From the NCBI GenBank assembly GCA_046733875.1, contig JBKPQB010000006.1, positions 4,137 to 68,136 of the forward strand: a stretch of 64,000 bases of DNA, written 5' to 3'. Every line of letters begins with the position of its first letter. The stretch's first letter is position 1. This DNA is from Acidobacteriota bacterium (GTDB lineage: Bacteria > Acidobacteriota > Vicinamibacteria > Vicinamibacterales > 2-12-FULL-66-21). The notes below the pieces were generated by a model. That model saw only the letters and a list, made by a program, of their open reading frames with translations, was not told the DNA's origin and did no database searches. The translations under genes and the position numbers were made by a program. This document shows, one piece after another, positions 8,527-17,326 of this stretch.

Positions 8527-9286
8527 GCGCCCGCACTTCGCGCGCGCCCTCCCGAAGCAGGACCAACGCGCACGCATTCAACGTCGCACCCGTCGTACTC
8601 ACATCGTCTACGAGCACAACCCTGAGCCCCCGTACGCACGAGCCGGATCGACACGCGAATGCGCCGCGCACGTTTGCGTTGCGGCGCGCCGCTGGGAGAT
8701 CCGCTTGCGGAGGCGTCTTCCGCGCGCGCCTCAGGACGTCGGCAAGGGGCAATCCGAGATGGCGCGCAAGCTCGCGCGCCTGATTGAACCCGCGCTGGCG
8801 CTCGCGTGAGCGGTGCAGCGGAACAGGCACGACGGCGTCTGCCCCGTGGAGAACGGCTGCGCCGGCTGCGCGAAGCTTTTGAGACAGGGGACGCGCGAGC
8901 GTCTGCCGGCCATCGTACTTGAGCGCGTGGACGATCGCGCGCAGCGACCCGTCGTACGCGCCGATCGCACCGGCGATCGTGATGAGCGGCGGCGTCCGCC
9001 GGCATCGCGCGCACCGGGACTCCTCAATGCTGCGCTCGCGCCACGAGGGCAATGCGTCGCCGCACGTCCGGCAGATCGGCGGTGTGACGGGGACAATCGA
9101 CCGCCAGCAGTCCGCGCATACCGCGCCGCGCGTGGGGCGCTCGAGCGGTTCGCCGCAGGCGGCGCACACGGGCGCGAGCAGAACAGCAAGGATCCCGTCG
9201 CCGATGGTACGCAGCAGTGCCGCGAGGGCGTCACCCCGCGGCGTCCGCAGCAGGTTCGTCCGAAATGGAAATCCGTTCGGCGTCAC
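8489..9286 (-). CDS. comF: ComF family protein (phosphoribosyltransferase domain); start uncertain
   Basis: N-terminal CxxC pairs (CAACGEPL, CADCW, CRTCG, CARC). PRT motif VVLVDDVSTTGATL. The annotated start overlaps rsfS by 56 nt, so the true start may be internal. Confidence 0.75.
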   Translation of the reverse strand: MTPNGFPFRTNLLRTPRGDALAALLRTIGDGILAVLLAPVCAACGEPLERPTRGAVCADCWRSIVPVTPPICRTCGDALPSWRERSIEESRCARCRRTPPLITIAGAIGAYDGSLRAIVHALKYDGRQTLARPLSQKLRAAGAAVLHGADAVVPVPLHRSRERQRGFNQARELARHLGLPLADVLRRARKTPPQADLPAARRNANVRGAFACRSGSCVRGLRVVLVDDVSTTGATLNACALVLLREGAREVRALTAARAVTRQRS

Positions 9287-9644
9287 CCCACAGGCGCTCC
9301 AGCGAATAGAACGCGCGCGTCTGCGGCGTGAACACGTGGACGATGAACGTGAAGAAGTCCATCAGGATCCACTCGGCGCGGTCGTACCCCTCCACGTGTG
9401 AGGGCCGGACCTTGGCCGCGCGGAGCGCCTCCTCGACCGCGTCGGAAATCGCCTGCACCTGCCGAGTGTTCTGGCCGGAGCAGATGAGGAAGAAGTCGGT
9501 GAAGGCCGGTGTATGCCGCAGGTCCAGAACGACGACGTCGCTGGCCTTCTTGTCGAGAGCCGCCTTGACGGCTCTCCCGATGTCCCCCGTCAATCGATGC
9601 CGTGCGGGCGGGTTCCTGCCTCGCCGCGTTTCAGTCTTCGCCAT
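9231..9644 (-). CDS. rsfS: Ribosome silencing factor RsfS
   Basis: 137 aa. DVVVLDLRHTPAFTDFFLICSGQNTRQVQAISDAV and WILMDFFTFIVHVF blocks. Confidence 0.9.
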   Translation of the reverse strand: MAKTETRRGRNPPARHRLTGDIGRAVKAALDKKASDVVVLDLRHTPAFTDFFLICSGQNTRQVQAISDAVEEALRAAKVRPSHVEGYDRAEWILMDFFTFIVHVFTPQTRAFYSLERLWGDAERISISDEPAADAAG

Positions 9645-9659
9645 GCAACTGATCTGCCG

Positions 9660-10343
9660 TCATCGTGTGTAGGGCACACCTTCAGGTGTGCCGGTATAGA
9701 GCCGATGCTGATGAATGTGCGTCTCGACGAGCGGCGGCACGAGGCCGCCTATCGATTCACCTCGCCGCAACCGTTCCCGGATTGCCGTCGACGATACGTC
9801 CGGCGTGGACACAGTCAGCAAAACGATCGTGGCATCGGAGGGCGGCGCGAAATCATCGGCGTTCTTCATCCGTGATGCCAGGGATGGAAGCCGCTGATGC
9901 AGCATCGCGAGATCGTGACCCGGACGCGAAATCACGACGAAATTCGCGAGATCCAGCACGTCCGGGTAACGGTGCCACGTAGCAATTTCTGCGAAGGCGT
10001 CTGCGCCCGTGATGAAAAAAATCCGCGACGGTAAGAGCCCGTGGGATCGCAGACGATCGAGCGTGTCGGCCGTATAGGTCGGCCCGGCGTTCCGCAGCTC
10101 GTCGTCGCTCGCCTGCAGTCCGGGAACGCCGTTGACCGCGAGCGCCGCCATCGCGAATCTGTGAAACGAAGACGCCTCCGGTGCACGAGGCCGATGGGGA
10201 GGGACGTGGCTGGGGAGCAGCAGCACGTTCGTGAGCGCGAGCGCGTCGCGCACGGCAATGGCCGCCTGCACGTGCCCGCAGTGCACGGGATCGAGCGTAC
10301 CGCCGAGAATGCCGACGCGTGCGCGTCCTCCGGATCGCGCCAT
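9660..10343 (-). CDS. nadD: Nicotinate-nucleotide adenylyltransferase (NadD); start moved to the ATG overlapping the obg stop
   Basis: GILGGTLDPVHCGH nucleotidyltransferase motif and ISSTAIRERL. ATGA overlap with obg at 10341-10345. Confidence 0.9.
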   Translation of the reverse strand: MARSGGRARVGILGGTLDPVHCGHVQAAIAVRDALALTNVLLLPSHVPPHRPRAPEASSFHRFAMAALAVNGVPGLQASDDELRNAGPTYTADTLDRLRSHGLLPSRIFFITGADAFAEIATWHRYPDVLDLANFVVISRPGHDLAMLHQRLPSLASRMKNADDFAPPSDATIVLLTVSTPDVSSTAIRERLRRGESIGGLVPPLVETHIHQHRLYTGTPEGVPYTR

Positions 10344-11377
10344 CAGTGCGGCTGCGGATGGGACGCGACCTGCTGCCACATCGCCTCGAGCAGCGGCGCG
10401 ATGCCTTCGCCCGTGGCGGCGGAGACGGCGAAGAAGGCGACGCCCGCCCGCTGCGCGTGCGCCTTCAGACGCTCGAGACGGGAGCGATCGTCCAGCACAT
10501 CGATCTTGTTGGCGGCTACGATGAGCGGCTTGTCCTGCAGCCGTTCGCCCGAGGCGTCGCGCCCCGGAAAGAGCGCGAGCTCGCGCGCGATGACCTCGTA
10601 GTCGCCGACCGGATCGCGTCCGGATCCAGACGAGACGTCGACGACGTGCACCAGGGCTTTCGTGCGTTCGAGATGGCTGAGGAAGCGGTGCCCGAGGCCG
10701 TGTCCTTCGTGCGCGCCTTCAATCAGCCCTGGAACATCTGCGACGACGAACGACCGATCGTCGGAAAGGCTCACGACGCCAAGGTTCGGGGAAAGCGTCG
10801 TAAAGGGATAGTCGCCGATCTTCGGCTTGGCCGCCGAGATGCGCGCGATGAGCGTGGACTTGCCGGCGTTGGGAAACCCCACGAGGCCGATGTCCGCGAG
10901 CAGCTTCAGTTGAAGCCGCAGGTCCTTTTCCTCGCCGGGCAGCCCCGGCTCCGCACGTCGCGGCGCGCGGTTCGTCGAGGTGGCGAACTGTGCGTTACCG
11001 CGGCCGCCGAGACCGCCGCGCGCGATCAGCACGCGCTCGCCCTCGTGCGTCATGTCGGCAATTTGCTGGAGCCCGTCGCCGTTCCGTTCGAACACGACGG
11101 TCCCGATAGGGACCTCCAGCGTGACGTCCTCGCCGTTGCGTCCCGTGCGATTCGATCCTTCGCCGTGCGCGCCCCGCCCGGCCTGGAACTCTTTCTGATA
11201 GCGGAAATGAAGCAGCGTATTCAGATTTGCGTTCGCAACGAGATAAACGCTGCCGCCGGGGCCACCGTCGCCGCCGTTCGGTCCGCCGCGCGGGACGAAC
11301 TTCTCACGGCGGAAGCTCATCGCGCCACGCCCGCCGTGCCCAGCCGCGACGTGGATATCGACTTCGTCAACAAACAT
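10343..11377 (-). CDS. obg: GTPase Obg/CgtA; start moved to MFVDEV
   Basis: [18 protein letters not shown] Obg fold. G1 [10 protein letters not shown]3 [13 protein letters not shown]. Confidence 0.95.
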   Translation of the reverse strand: MFVDEVDIHVAAGHGGRGAMSFRREKFVPRGGPNGGDGGPGGSVYLVANANLNTLLHFRYQKEFQAGRGAHGEGSNRTGRNGEDVTLEVPIGTVVFERNGDGLQQIADMTHEGERVLIARGGLGGRGNAQFATSTNRAPRRAEPGLPGEEKDLRLQLKLLADIGLVGFPNAGKSTLIARISAAKPKIGDYPFTTLSPNLGVVSLSDDRSFVVADVPGLIEGAHEGHGLGHRFLSHLERTKALVHVVDVSSGSGRDPVGDYEVIARELALFPGRDASGERLQDKPLIVAANKIDVLDDRSRLERLKAHAQRAGVAFFAVSAATGEGIAPLLEAMWQQVASHPQPH

Positions 11378-11402
11378 TAGTTGTCTGGGGCGATCGTCAC
11401 CC

Positions 11403-11440
11403 GGCACGTCTGCAGACGTGCCCTACACGCGAGGGTGTAG
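11403..11440 (-). promoter_or_regulatory. Two adjacent stem-loops between rpmA and obg, including a 20-bp perfect palindrome
   Basis: ggcacgtctgcagacgtgcc (11403-11422) followed by ctacac-gcgagg-gtgtag (11423-11440). No U tract. Confidence 0.4.
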
Positions 11441-11446
11441 AGACAT

Positions 11447-11707
11447 TTACTGCTCGATTGGATGGACCGAGATGACGCGGCCACGCGCGCCGTGGTCGCT
11501 GAACTTCACGCGGCCGCCGATCTTCGCAAACAGCGTGTCGTCCTTGCCAAGCCCTACGTTGAGGCCGGGGCGGAAGCGGCGTCCGCGCTGCCGCACGAGG
11601 ATCGATCCGCCGGTGACGATGTTGCCGTCGAAGCGCTTGACGCCGAGACGCTGCGAATTGCTGTCGCGCCCGTTGCGGGAGCTGCCCTGACCTTTCTTGT
11701 GTGCCAT
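11447..11707 (-). CDS. rpmA: 50S ribosomal protein L27
   Basis: [28 protein letters not shown] is canonical L27. Confidence 0.97.
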   Translation of the reverse strand: MAHKKGQGSSRNGRDSNSQRLGVKRFDGNIVTGGSILVRQRGRRFRPGLNVGLGKDDTLFAKIGGRVKFSDHGARGRVISVHPIEQ

Positions 11708-11737
11708 GACGAAATCCTGTCCGCGTGCGGACCTCTG

Positions 11738-12055
11738 TTACGCGAGATTGATGCCGGTGACGCGGACGCGCGTGTACGTGCTGCGGTGCCCTCTGGTCAC
11801 GCGCATCCCCTTGCGGCGTTTCTTCTTGAAGACGCGGATTTTCGGACCGCGCGACTCGCCGTCGACGACCCCGAGGATCTTCACGTTGGGCACGAACGGC
11901 GCCCCGGCCAGGACCTCGCCGCCGTCCTTTTCCAGGAACAGGACGCGGTCGATGCTGACCTCGTCACCCGGCTGCGCATCGATCCGATCCACGGTGATCA
12001 CGGCGCCCGGAACCACCTTGACCTGACGTCCGCCGCTTTGAATGATTGCAAACAC
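11738..12055 (-). CDS. rplU: 50S ribosomal protein L21 (start moved to GTG giving VFAIIQSGGRQ)
   Basis: FAIIQSGGRQVKV is the canonical L21 N-terminus. AGGAG lies 10 nt upstream of the GTG at 12055. Confidence 0.93.
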   Translation of the reverse strand: MFAIIQSGGRQVKVVPGAVITVDRIDAQPGDEVSIDRVLFLEKDGGEVLAGAPFVPNVKILGVVDGESRGPKIRVFKKKRRKGMRVTRGHRSTYTRVRVTGINLA

Positions 12056-12159
12056 GTTCAGAACGCTCCTCACGCGTGTCGGGCAAAACTCTAGGGTAAC
12101 ACGGTCGATCGCCGTGCCGCAAGTCGCTGACGGGATGATGGTTAGAGGGGTTGCCGCGG

Positions 12160-13047
12160 CTACTTCAGCAGCACGCGCGTGCCGCGAATCTTCTGCGCGC
12201 TCAACGTGCTGAGGAAGCTCGGCATCAGGCGGTCCATCAGCTCGAAGTAGGACGAGAGCGCTGGCGTGTTCTGCTGCGCGTTGTAGAGGATCTCTTCCCG
12301 AAACCCCTCCGAGTAAAGGATCGCGCCGGTGCGGCCGTCGATGAAGACGAACTTCGGCTGCAGGATGAATCCTTTGCGCTCCATGTACATGCGCACCGGG
12401 ATGACGCTGCGTCGGCCGAACGAGTCGTACACCTCCCGGTTCTGCATCACGAAGCCCGACGCCTGATGCGGCGTGAACAGCACGGTGCCCGTCACAATCA
12501 GCGGATTCTGATATTCCTCGCCGAGCTTCTTCCAGTACGCCGCGTCCGCAAAGATCTTGTCGTACTTCGTCAGGTCCTTTTCGTTCCGGATCCTGGGTTC
12601 GGCGGAGGCCTTCGGATCCGCCGCGCGGTGCGACGTGTCGGCCGGGGCCGCCGCCGCCGCAGGCGGGAGTTGCGGGACGGGCAGAGGCGATTCACCGGAA
12701 TGCGATCCGTTGCCGTTGCCGTCGCCCGGTCCCCCCTGCTTCGGCTGCGCTTCTTTTTCCTGCTGATCGGTCGCGATATCCGCGAGGGGCAGCACTTCCG
12801 CTTCGATCACGCGAAGCGGCGACTTCGTGCGCAGCTGGCTGCGAAGCAGTCGGACCGTCTCCAGGTTCGCATCCACATCGTCGGTCCCGCCGCTGATGAA
12901 GCCGGCCACCAGCACACGCTGGAAGCCGGAGACGTCCATCTTCGGCTGGATCGGCGTCTCGATCGGAATCTCGTAGAAGCCGGTACATCCCGCGACGACG
13001 AACGCGAGGACGAGGCTAGCGAGCGCTGCGGCGTTTCGTGCGCTCAT
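12160..13047 (-). CDS. Hypothetical lipoprotein (start moved to MSARNAAALASLVLAFVVAGC)
   Basis: Signal peptide with a lipobox-like VAGC. Central Gly/Pro/Ala-rich linker. No recognised domain. 32-nt overlap with the upstream TPR gene. Confidence 0.6.
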   Translation of the reverse strand: MSARNAAALASLVLAFVVAGCTGFYEIPIETPIQPKMDVSGFQRVLVAGFISGGTDDVDANLETVRLLRSQLRTKSPLRVIEAEVLPLADIATDQQEKEAQPKQGGPGDGNGNGSHSGESPLPVPQLPPAAAAAPADTSHRAADPKASAEPRIRNEKDLTKYDKIFADAAYWKKLGEEYQNPLIVTGTVLFTPHQASGFVMQNREVYDSFGRRSVIPVRMYMERKGFILQPKFVFIDGRTGAILYSEGFREEILYNAQQNTPALSSYFELMDRLMPSFLSTLSAQKIRGTRVLLK

Positions 13048-13369
13048 TGATTTCCTTGAAGAGATCGTAGTTCTGCTTGATGAGCATGTTCTTCGCGTCG
13101 AGTTGCAGCGCCTTTTCGTACGCCTGTTTGGCTTCCTCGAAACGCCCTTCATGCTCGAATGCGATGGCGAGGTTGTTCCACGCCGCCGCATAGGATGGAT
13201 CCAGTTCCACGGCGCGCTGCCAGCGGTACAGCGCCTCGTTCCAGAGGCCGCTCTGCGCCACCTTGATGCCGAATTCGACCTGTTCTTTCGCCTTCGAGCG
13301 ATCGTTCGCGCCGGCGACGGAGGAGATCACCAACAACGCTGCGAGAAACACGAGCACTCGCCGCTGCAT
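13016..13369 (-). CDS. Small secreted TPR-repeat protein (start moved to MQRRVLVFLAALLV)
   Basis: Signal peptide followed by TPR-like AWNNLAIAFEHEGRFEEAKQAYEKALQLD. The upstream part of the ORF-track frame is Arg/Cys-rich and looks non-coding. Confidence 0.7.
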   Translation of the reverse strand: MQRRVLVFLAALLVISSVAGANDRSKAKEQVEFGIKVAQSGLWNEALYRWQRAVELDPSYAAAWNNLAIAFEHEGRFEEAKQAYEKALQLDAKNMLIKQNYDLFKEINERTKRRSAR

Positions 13370-13576
13370 GGGTTTAGCGCCCACTATACACCGTTCCCCG
13401 CGTGAAATGGCTAGTCCTGAAAACCGTGCGCCGCCGAGTTCTGCGTCTGCGCGCGAATCAAAAGAGCCTTTTGAACAGCAATGCACGTACCACGACCTGA
13501 ACGTGAAATTGGCTGCGATTTCCGATGTTCTGCCGCCGGTTCTCGTAAGCTTGTCACAGCGTGCGTAAGCGAGCGG

Positions 13577-13606
13577 TTTACGTGTGAGGACACGCGGCCC
13601 TATAAT
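13577..13606 (+). promoter_or_regulatory. Candidate sigma-70-like promoter (TTTACG-N18-TATAAT) upstream of dprA
   Basis: Hexamers at 13577-13582 and 13601-13606, about 95 nt upstream of the dprA ATG, in a lower-GC intergenic region. Confidence 0.3.
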
Positions 13607-13701
13607 AAGGACAGGGGTCGGGCGTTCTTGCGGCTGCCGCCGCGCGCGCTCGGCCTCTACGTTTTTCCGGAGCCCGCACACGGCGTCGCGCGAGGATCGT
13701 C

Positions 13702-14778
13702 ATGGATCTGCCGAGCGCCGTCGCCCTTTCGACGCTTCCCGGGATCGACCGCCGCCGTGCCGCTGCGGTCTTCAAGGAGCTTCGGGCACAATCCAAGCAT
13801 TCCGTGTCGCTCGAGGACGTGATTGCGGCCTCGAGCGGGGACGCCGCGGTCGAAAGCATCGCGGCGGCCGCCCGCGAAGCCGCGGCGGCGCTGCTGGCCA
13901 CGGCATCTCGCGGGCACATCGCGGTTGTTGCGTGGGACGACGAGCGCTATCCGGCGCTTCTTGCGACGATTCCGGACCCGCCCCCTGTGCTGTGGGTGCG
14001 CGGCCACGCGGCTGCACTTTGCGCGCCCGCCGTCGCGATCGTTGGTTCGCGTGCTGCAACTCCGTACGCGCTGGAGGTGGCCGCGCGACTGGCCCGGGAA
14101 CTGGCGGGCAGGGGGCTGACCGTCGTGAGCGGACTGGCACGCGGAGCCGACGGAGCAGCGCACAGGGGCTGCCTGGACGCGGGCGGGACGACGGTGGCCG
14201 TGCTTGGCAGCGGACCCGACACGATTTACCCGGCCGAGCACCGGGATTTGGCCGTAAGTATCTGCGGTTCAGGAGCTTTGGTCAGTGAGCTGGGGCCCGG
14301 CGCCCCCCCGCTCCCCGAGCACTTTCCGTTGAGGAACCGCCTGATCAGTGGGATCTCTTTGGCAGTCGTGGTCGTCGAAGCATCGGAGCGCAGTGGATCG
14401 CTCATCACCGCCCGGTGTGCCATGGAGCAGGGCCGCGACGTGATGGCGGTGCCCGGCAGCATCCTGAGCGGACGCAACCGAGGATCGCATGGGTTGCTGA
14501 AGGACGGCGCAAAGGTCGTCGAGACTGCGGACGATATCTTGGAAGAGCTGGGCTGGCCCGGTGCGGTCCCGGTGCCGGATGGACCGCCCAAGTTTCTGAA
14601 ATCAGACCCTTTACTGGAACGGATGGCCGTGGACGAACTCTACGGCTTTGAAGATCTGGCAGCCCTGACGGGCGTTGCCGGGCCGCGCCTGCTGGCGCGG
14701 CTGACAGAGTGGGAATTGCAGGGGCGCCTCGTGCGGGTGCCGGGCGGTCGTTTCCGGCGGCCGTCGCAAACGGTGTAA
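13702..14778 (+). CDS. dprA: DNA processing protein DprA (Smf)
   Basis: GSRAATPYALEVAARLARELAGRGLTVVSGLARGADGAAHRG Rossmann block. C-terminal winged-helix-like tail. Confidence 0.9.
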   Translation: MDLPSAVALSTLPGIDRRRAAAVFKELRAQSKHSVSLEDVIAASSGDAAVESIAAAAREAAAALLATASRGHIAVVAWDDERYPALLATIPDPPPVLWVRGHAAALCAPAVAIVGSRAATPYALEVAARLARELAGRGLTVVSGLARGADGAAHRGCLDAGGTTVAVLGSGPDTIYPAEHRDLAVSICGSGALVSELGPGAPPLPEHFPLRNRLISGISLAVVVVEASERSGSLITARCAMEQGRDVMAVPGSILSGRNRGSHGLLKDGAKVVETADDILEELGWPGAVPVPDGPPKFLKSDPLLERMAVDELYGFEDLAALTGVAGPRLLARLTEWELQGRLVRVPGGRFRRPSQTV

Positions 14779-14794
14779 CGTTGAAGGCAGGTTT

Positions 14795-17218
14795 ATGGCT
14801 AAGGCATTAGTGGTGGTCGAGTCGCCGGCAAAGGCGAAGACCATCAATAAATATCTCGGGCGCGATTACAAAGTCGTGGCTTCGATGGGTCACGTTCGCG
14901 ATCTGCCCAAGAGCAAGCTTGGCGTCGACGTGGACGATGGCTTCGAGCCGTCGTACGAGGTGATCGCCAGCCGCAAGAAGGTCCTCAAGGAGCTGAAGGA
15001 GGAAGCGAAGAAGGCGTCGGAAATCTTCGTCGCGACCGACCCGGATCGTGAAGGCGAGGCGATTGGCTGGCACCTGGCGGAAGAGCTTGGCAGCGGAAAT
15101 CGAAAGAAGATCCGCCGCCTGATGTTCAACGAGATCACGAAGAAGGGCGTCCTCACCGCCCTGGACCATCCCACGTCGATCGACAAGAAGATGGTCGACG
15201 CGCAGCAGGCCCGCCGCGTGCTCGATCGCCTCGTTGGCTACAAGATCAGCCCGCTGCTGTGGGACAAGGTTCGCCGCGGGTTGAGCGCGGGCCGCGTGCA
15301 GTCGGTCGCGCTGAAGCTCGTGTGCGACCGCGAACGCGAGATCGAGAGGTTCGTCCCCGAGGAGTACTGGAACCTCACCGCCCGGCTCGCCGGTGCGGTG
15401 CCGCCGGAATTCGACGCGCGCCTGCAGAAGAAGGGGGACGCGGCGATCAAGATCGGCAACGAGGAAGAGGCGAATGCCGTCCTCGCCGATCTGCGCGGTG
15501 CGCGCTGGATCGTCGACTCGGTGACCACGCGCGAACGCCGCAGGAACGCGGTTCCACCGTTCATCACCAGCAAGCTGCAGCAGGCGTCGCGTTTTCCCGT
15601 CAAGAAGACGATGATGATCGCCCAGCAGTTGTACGAAGGGATCGAGCTGCCCGGAGAAGGCTCGGTCGGTCTCATCACGTACATGCGAACGGATTCGACC
15701 CGCGTTTCCGATCAGGCGCTCGGCGATGTCCGGCAGTTCATCGGAACGACGTACGGGCCCGACTACGTGCCGGAGAAGCCGACCTACTATCGCGCGAAGG
15801 CGGATGCCCAGGATGCGCACGAAGCGATCCGTCCAACGTCGATGCAGTACCACCCGGACGCTGTCCGCGCCCATCTCACACACGATCAGTACTACCTCTA
15901 CAGGCTGATTTGGAACCGGTTCGTTGCGTCGCAGATGCCGCCGGCGACCTTCGACGAAACGACGGTCGACATCAAAGCGCGCGAGTACCTGTTCCGCGTC
16001 AAGGGCTCCGTCCCGAAGTTTGCCGGATGGCTCGCCGTCTACAACCAGGAGCCCGCGGCGGAGGAGCGCACGGGGCCAGGACCCGATGCCGCGTCGGCGG
16101 ACGACGAGGATGCGGCAGGGCTGCTGCCGGCGCTCGCCAAAGGTGACGAGCTGACGCTGCGCGAGTTGAAGCCGGAGCAGAAGTTCACGCAGCCGCCGCC
16201 ACGCTACAGCGAGGCGACGCTCGTCAAGGCGCTCGAGGAGAACGGCATCGGCCGCCCGAGCACGTACGCGCAGATCATCACCGTCATCCAGGCGCGCGAG
16301 TACGTGAACAAGATCGACGGGCGCTTCAAGCCGACGCTGCTCGGCATCATGCTCGTCGAAAAGCTGCTTAGCCCTGCGTTCGACGACATCCTCGATCCCG
16401 ACTACACCTCGAAGCTGGAGGAGCAGCTCGACGAGATCGAACAGGGGAACAACGATTACGAGCGCACGCTCGAGAGCTTCTACGCGAAGTTCAAGAAGGA
16501 CTTGAAGCGCGCCGAGAAGGAGATGCCCAACATCAAGGAGGGCGTCGAGCCGTCCCCGCCTGTCGCGTGCGACAAGTGCGGCAAGCCGATGGTGATCAAG
16601 GCGGGCAAGTTCGGCCTGTTCCTCGCCTGCAGCGGGTATCCCGATTGCGAGAACACGCGCGAGCTGGAGGCACCCGAGCCCGGCGCCGAAGGCGAAATCG
16701 AGGAAACGTGCGAGAACTGCGGCAAGCCGATGGTCGTCAAGCGCGGCCGGTTCGGCCAGTTCCTCGCCTGCACGGGATATCCCGACTGCAAGACGACCCG
16801 CAAACTGATTGCGACGAAGGCGGGCGTGACCGCCGCCAAGCCGGATCAAATGCTCGACGAGAAGTGCCCGAAGTGCGGATCGAATCTCGTGCTCAAGCAG
16901 GGGCGCTTCGGCGAGTTCACGGCGTGCAGCAACTATCCGTCCTGCAAGTACGTGAAGCAGAAGTCCACGGGCGTTCTCTGCCCGAAGGACGGCGGCGACA
17001 TCGTCGAGCGCAAGTCACGGCGCGGCAAGGTGTTCTACGGCTGCGCGAACTATCCCGACTGCGACTTCACGCTGTGGAACAGGCCCGTTCCGGAGAAGTG
17101 TCCGGACTGCGGCGCACCCTTCCTCGTGGAGAAGATTACCAAGCGGCACGGCCGGCAGCTCGTGTGCAACAACGAGGACTGCGAGTACGTGCGGTCGGAA
17201 GAGCTCGCGCCCGCTTGA
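14795..17218 (+). CDS. topA: DNA topoisomerase I
   Basis: Toprim ALVVVESPAKAKTI. Active-site region TYMRTDS. Four C-terminal CxxC..CxxC zinc ribbons (CDKCGKPM..CSGYPDC and so on). Confidence 0.97.
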   Translation: MAKALVVVESPAKAKTINKYLGRDYKVVASMGHVRDLPKSKLGVDVDDGFEPSYEVIASRKKVLKELKEEAKKASEIFVATDPDREGEAIGWHLAEELGSGNRKKIRRLMFNEITKKGVLTALDHPTSIDKKMVDAQQARRVLDRLVGYKISPLLWDKVRRGLSAGRVQSVALKLVCDREREIERFVPEEYWNLTARLAGAVPPEFDARLQKKGDAAIKIGNEEEANAVLADLRGARWIVDSVTTRERRRNAVPPFITSKLQQASRFPVKKTMMIAQQLYEGIELPGEGSVGLITYMRTDSTRVSDQALGDVRQFIGTTYGPDYVPEKPTYYRAKADAQDAHEAIRPTSMQYHPDAVRAHLTHDQYYLYRLIWNRFVASQMPPATFDETTVDIKAREYLFRVKGSVPKFAGWLAVYNQEPAAEERTGPGPDAASADDEDAAGLLPALAKGDELTLRELKPEQKFTQPPPRYSEATLVKALEENGIGRPSTYAQIITVIQAREYVNKIDGRFKPTLLGIMLVEKLLSPAFDDILDPDYTSKLEEQLDEIEQGNNDYERTLESFYAKFKKDLKRAEKEMPNIKEGVEPSPPVACDKCGKPMVIKAGKFGLFLACSGYPDCENTRELEAPEPGAEGEIEETCENCGKPMVVKRGRFGQFLACTGYPDCKTTRKLIATKAGVTAAKPDQMLDEKCPKCGSNLVLKQGRFGEFTACSNYPSCKYVKQKSTGVLCPKDGGDIVERKSRRGKVFYGCANYPDCDFTLWNRPVPEKCPDCGAPFLVEKITKRHGRQLVCNNEDCEYVRSEELAPA

Positions 17219-17229
17219 AGACTCCCTTC

Positions 17230-17326
17230 CAACTCCCAACCTCCAATTCCCAACTCCCAATTCCCAGATTCCGGGGTTCTGGTAATCTGACGGCTTGAGG
17301 AGTTGGGAGTTGGACGTTGGGAATTG
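17230..17326. repeat. Inverted heptamer arrays, locus A: 5x CAAYTCC, 34-nt spacer, 4x GGARTTG
   Basis: caactcc caacctc caattcc caactcc caattcc (17230-17264) faces ggagttg ggagttg gacgttg ggaattg (17299-17326). Sits between the topA stop and trmFO. The right arm overlaps the TTG start called for trmFO. Confidence 0.8.

Noticed and set aside
13407-13568. 53-codon ATG-initiated ORF in the TPR-dprA intergenic region.
   Set aside because: By my hand count its third-position G/C is only about half, against strongly biased real genes. It has no RBS-like sequence and no recognisable motif, so I treated it as non-coding.
14807-16849. 680-aa ORF antisense to topA. Similar long antisense or shadow ORFs include 35542-37587 opposite hslVU, 46570-48432 opposite tamB, 39652-41247 opposite the carboxyltransferase, 44911-46353, 22133-23728, 54809-56005, 61212-62927, 18745-20328 and 6727-7863.
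   Set aside because: High-GC genomes give long open frames on the opposite strand of real genes. These translations are Arg/Ala/Pro/Gly-rich with no recognisable motifs, and each fully overlaps a gene with unambiguous family signatures.
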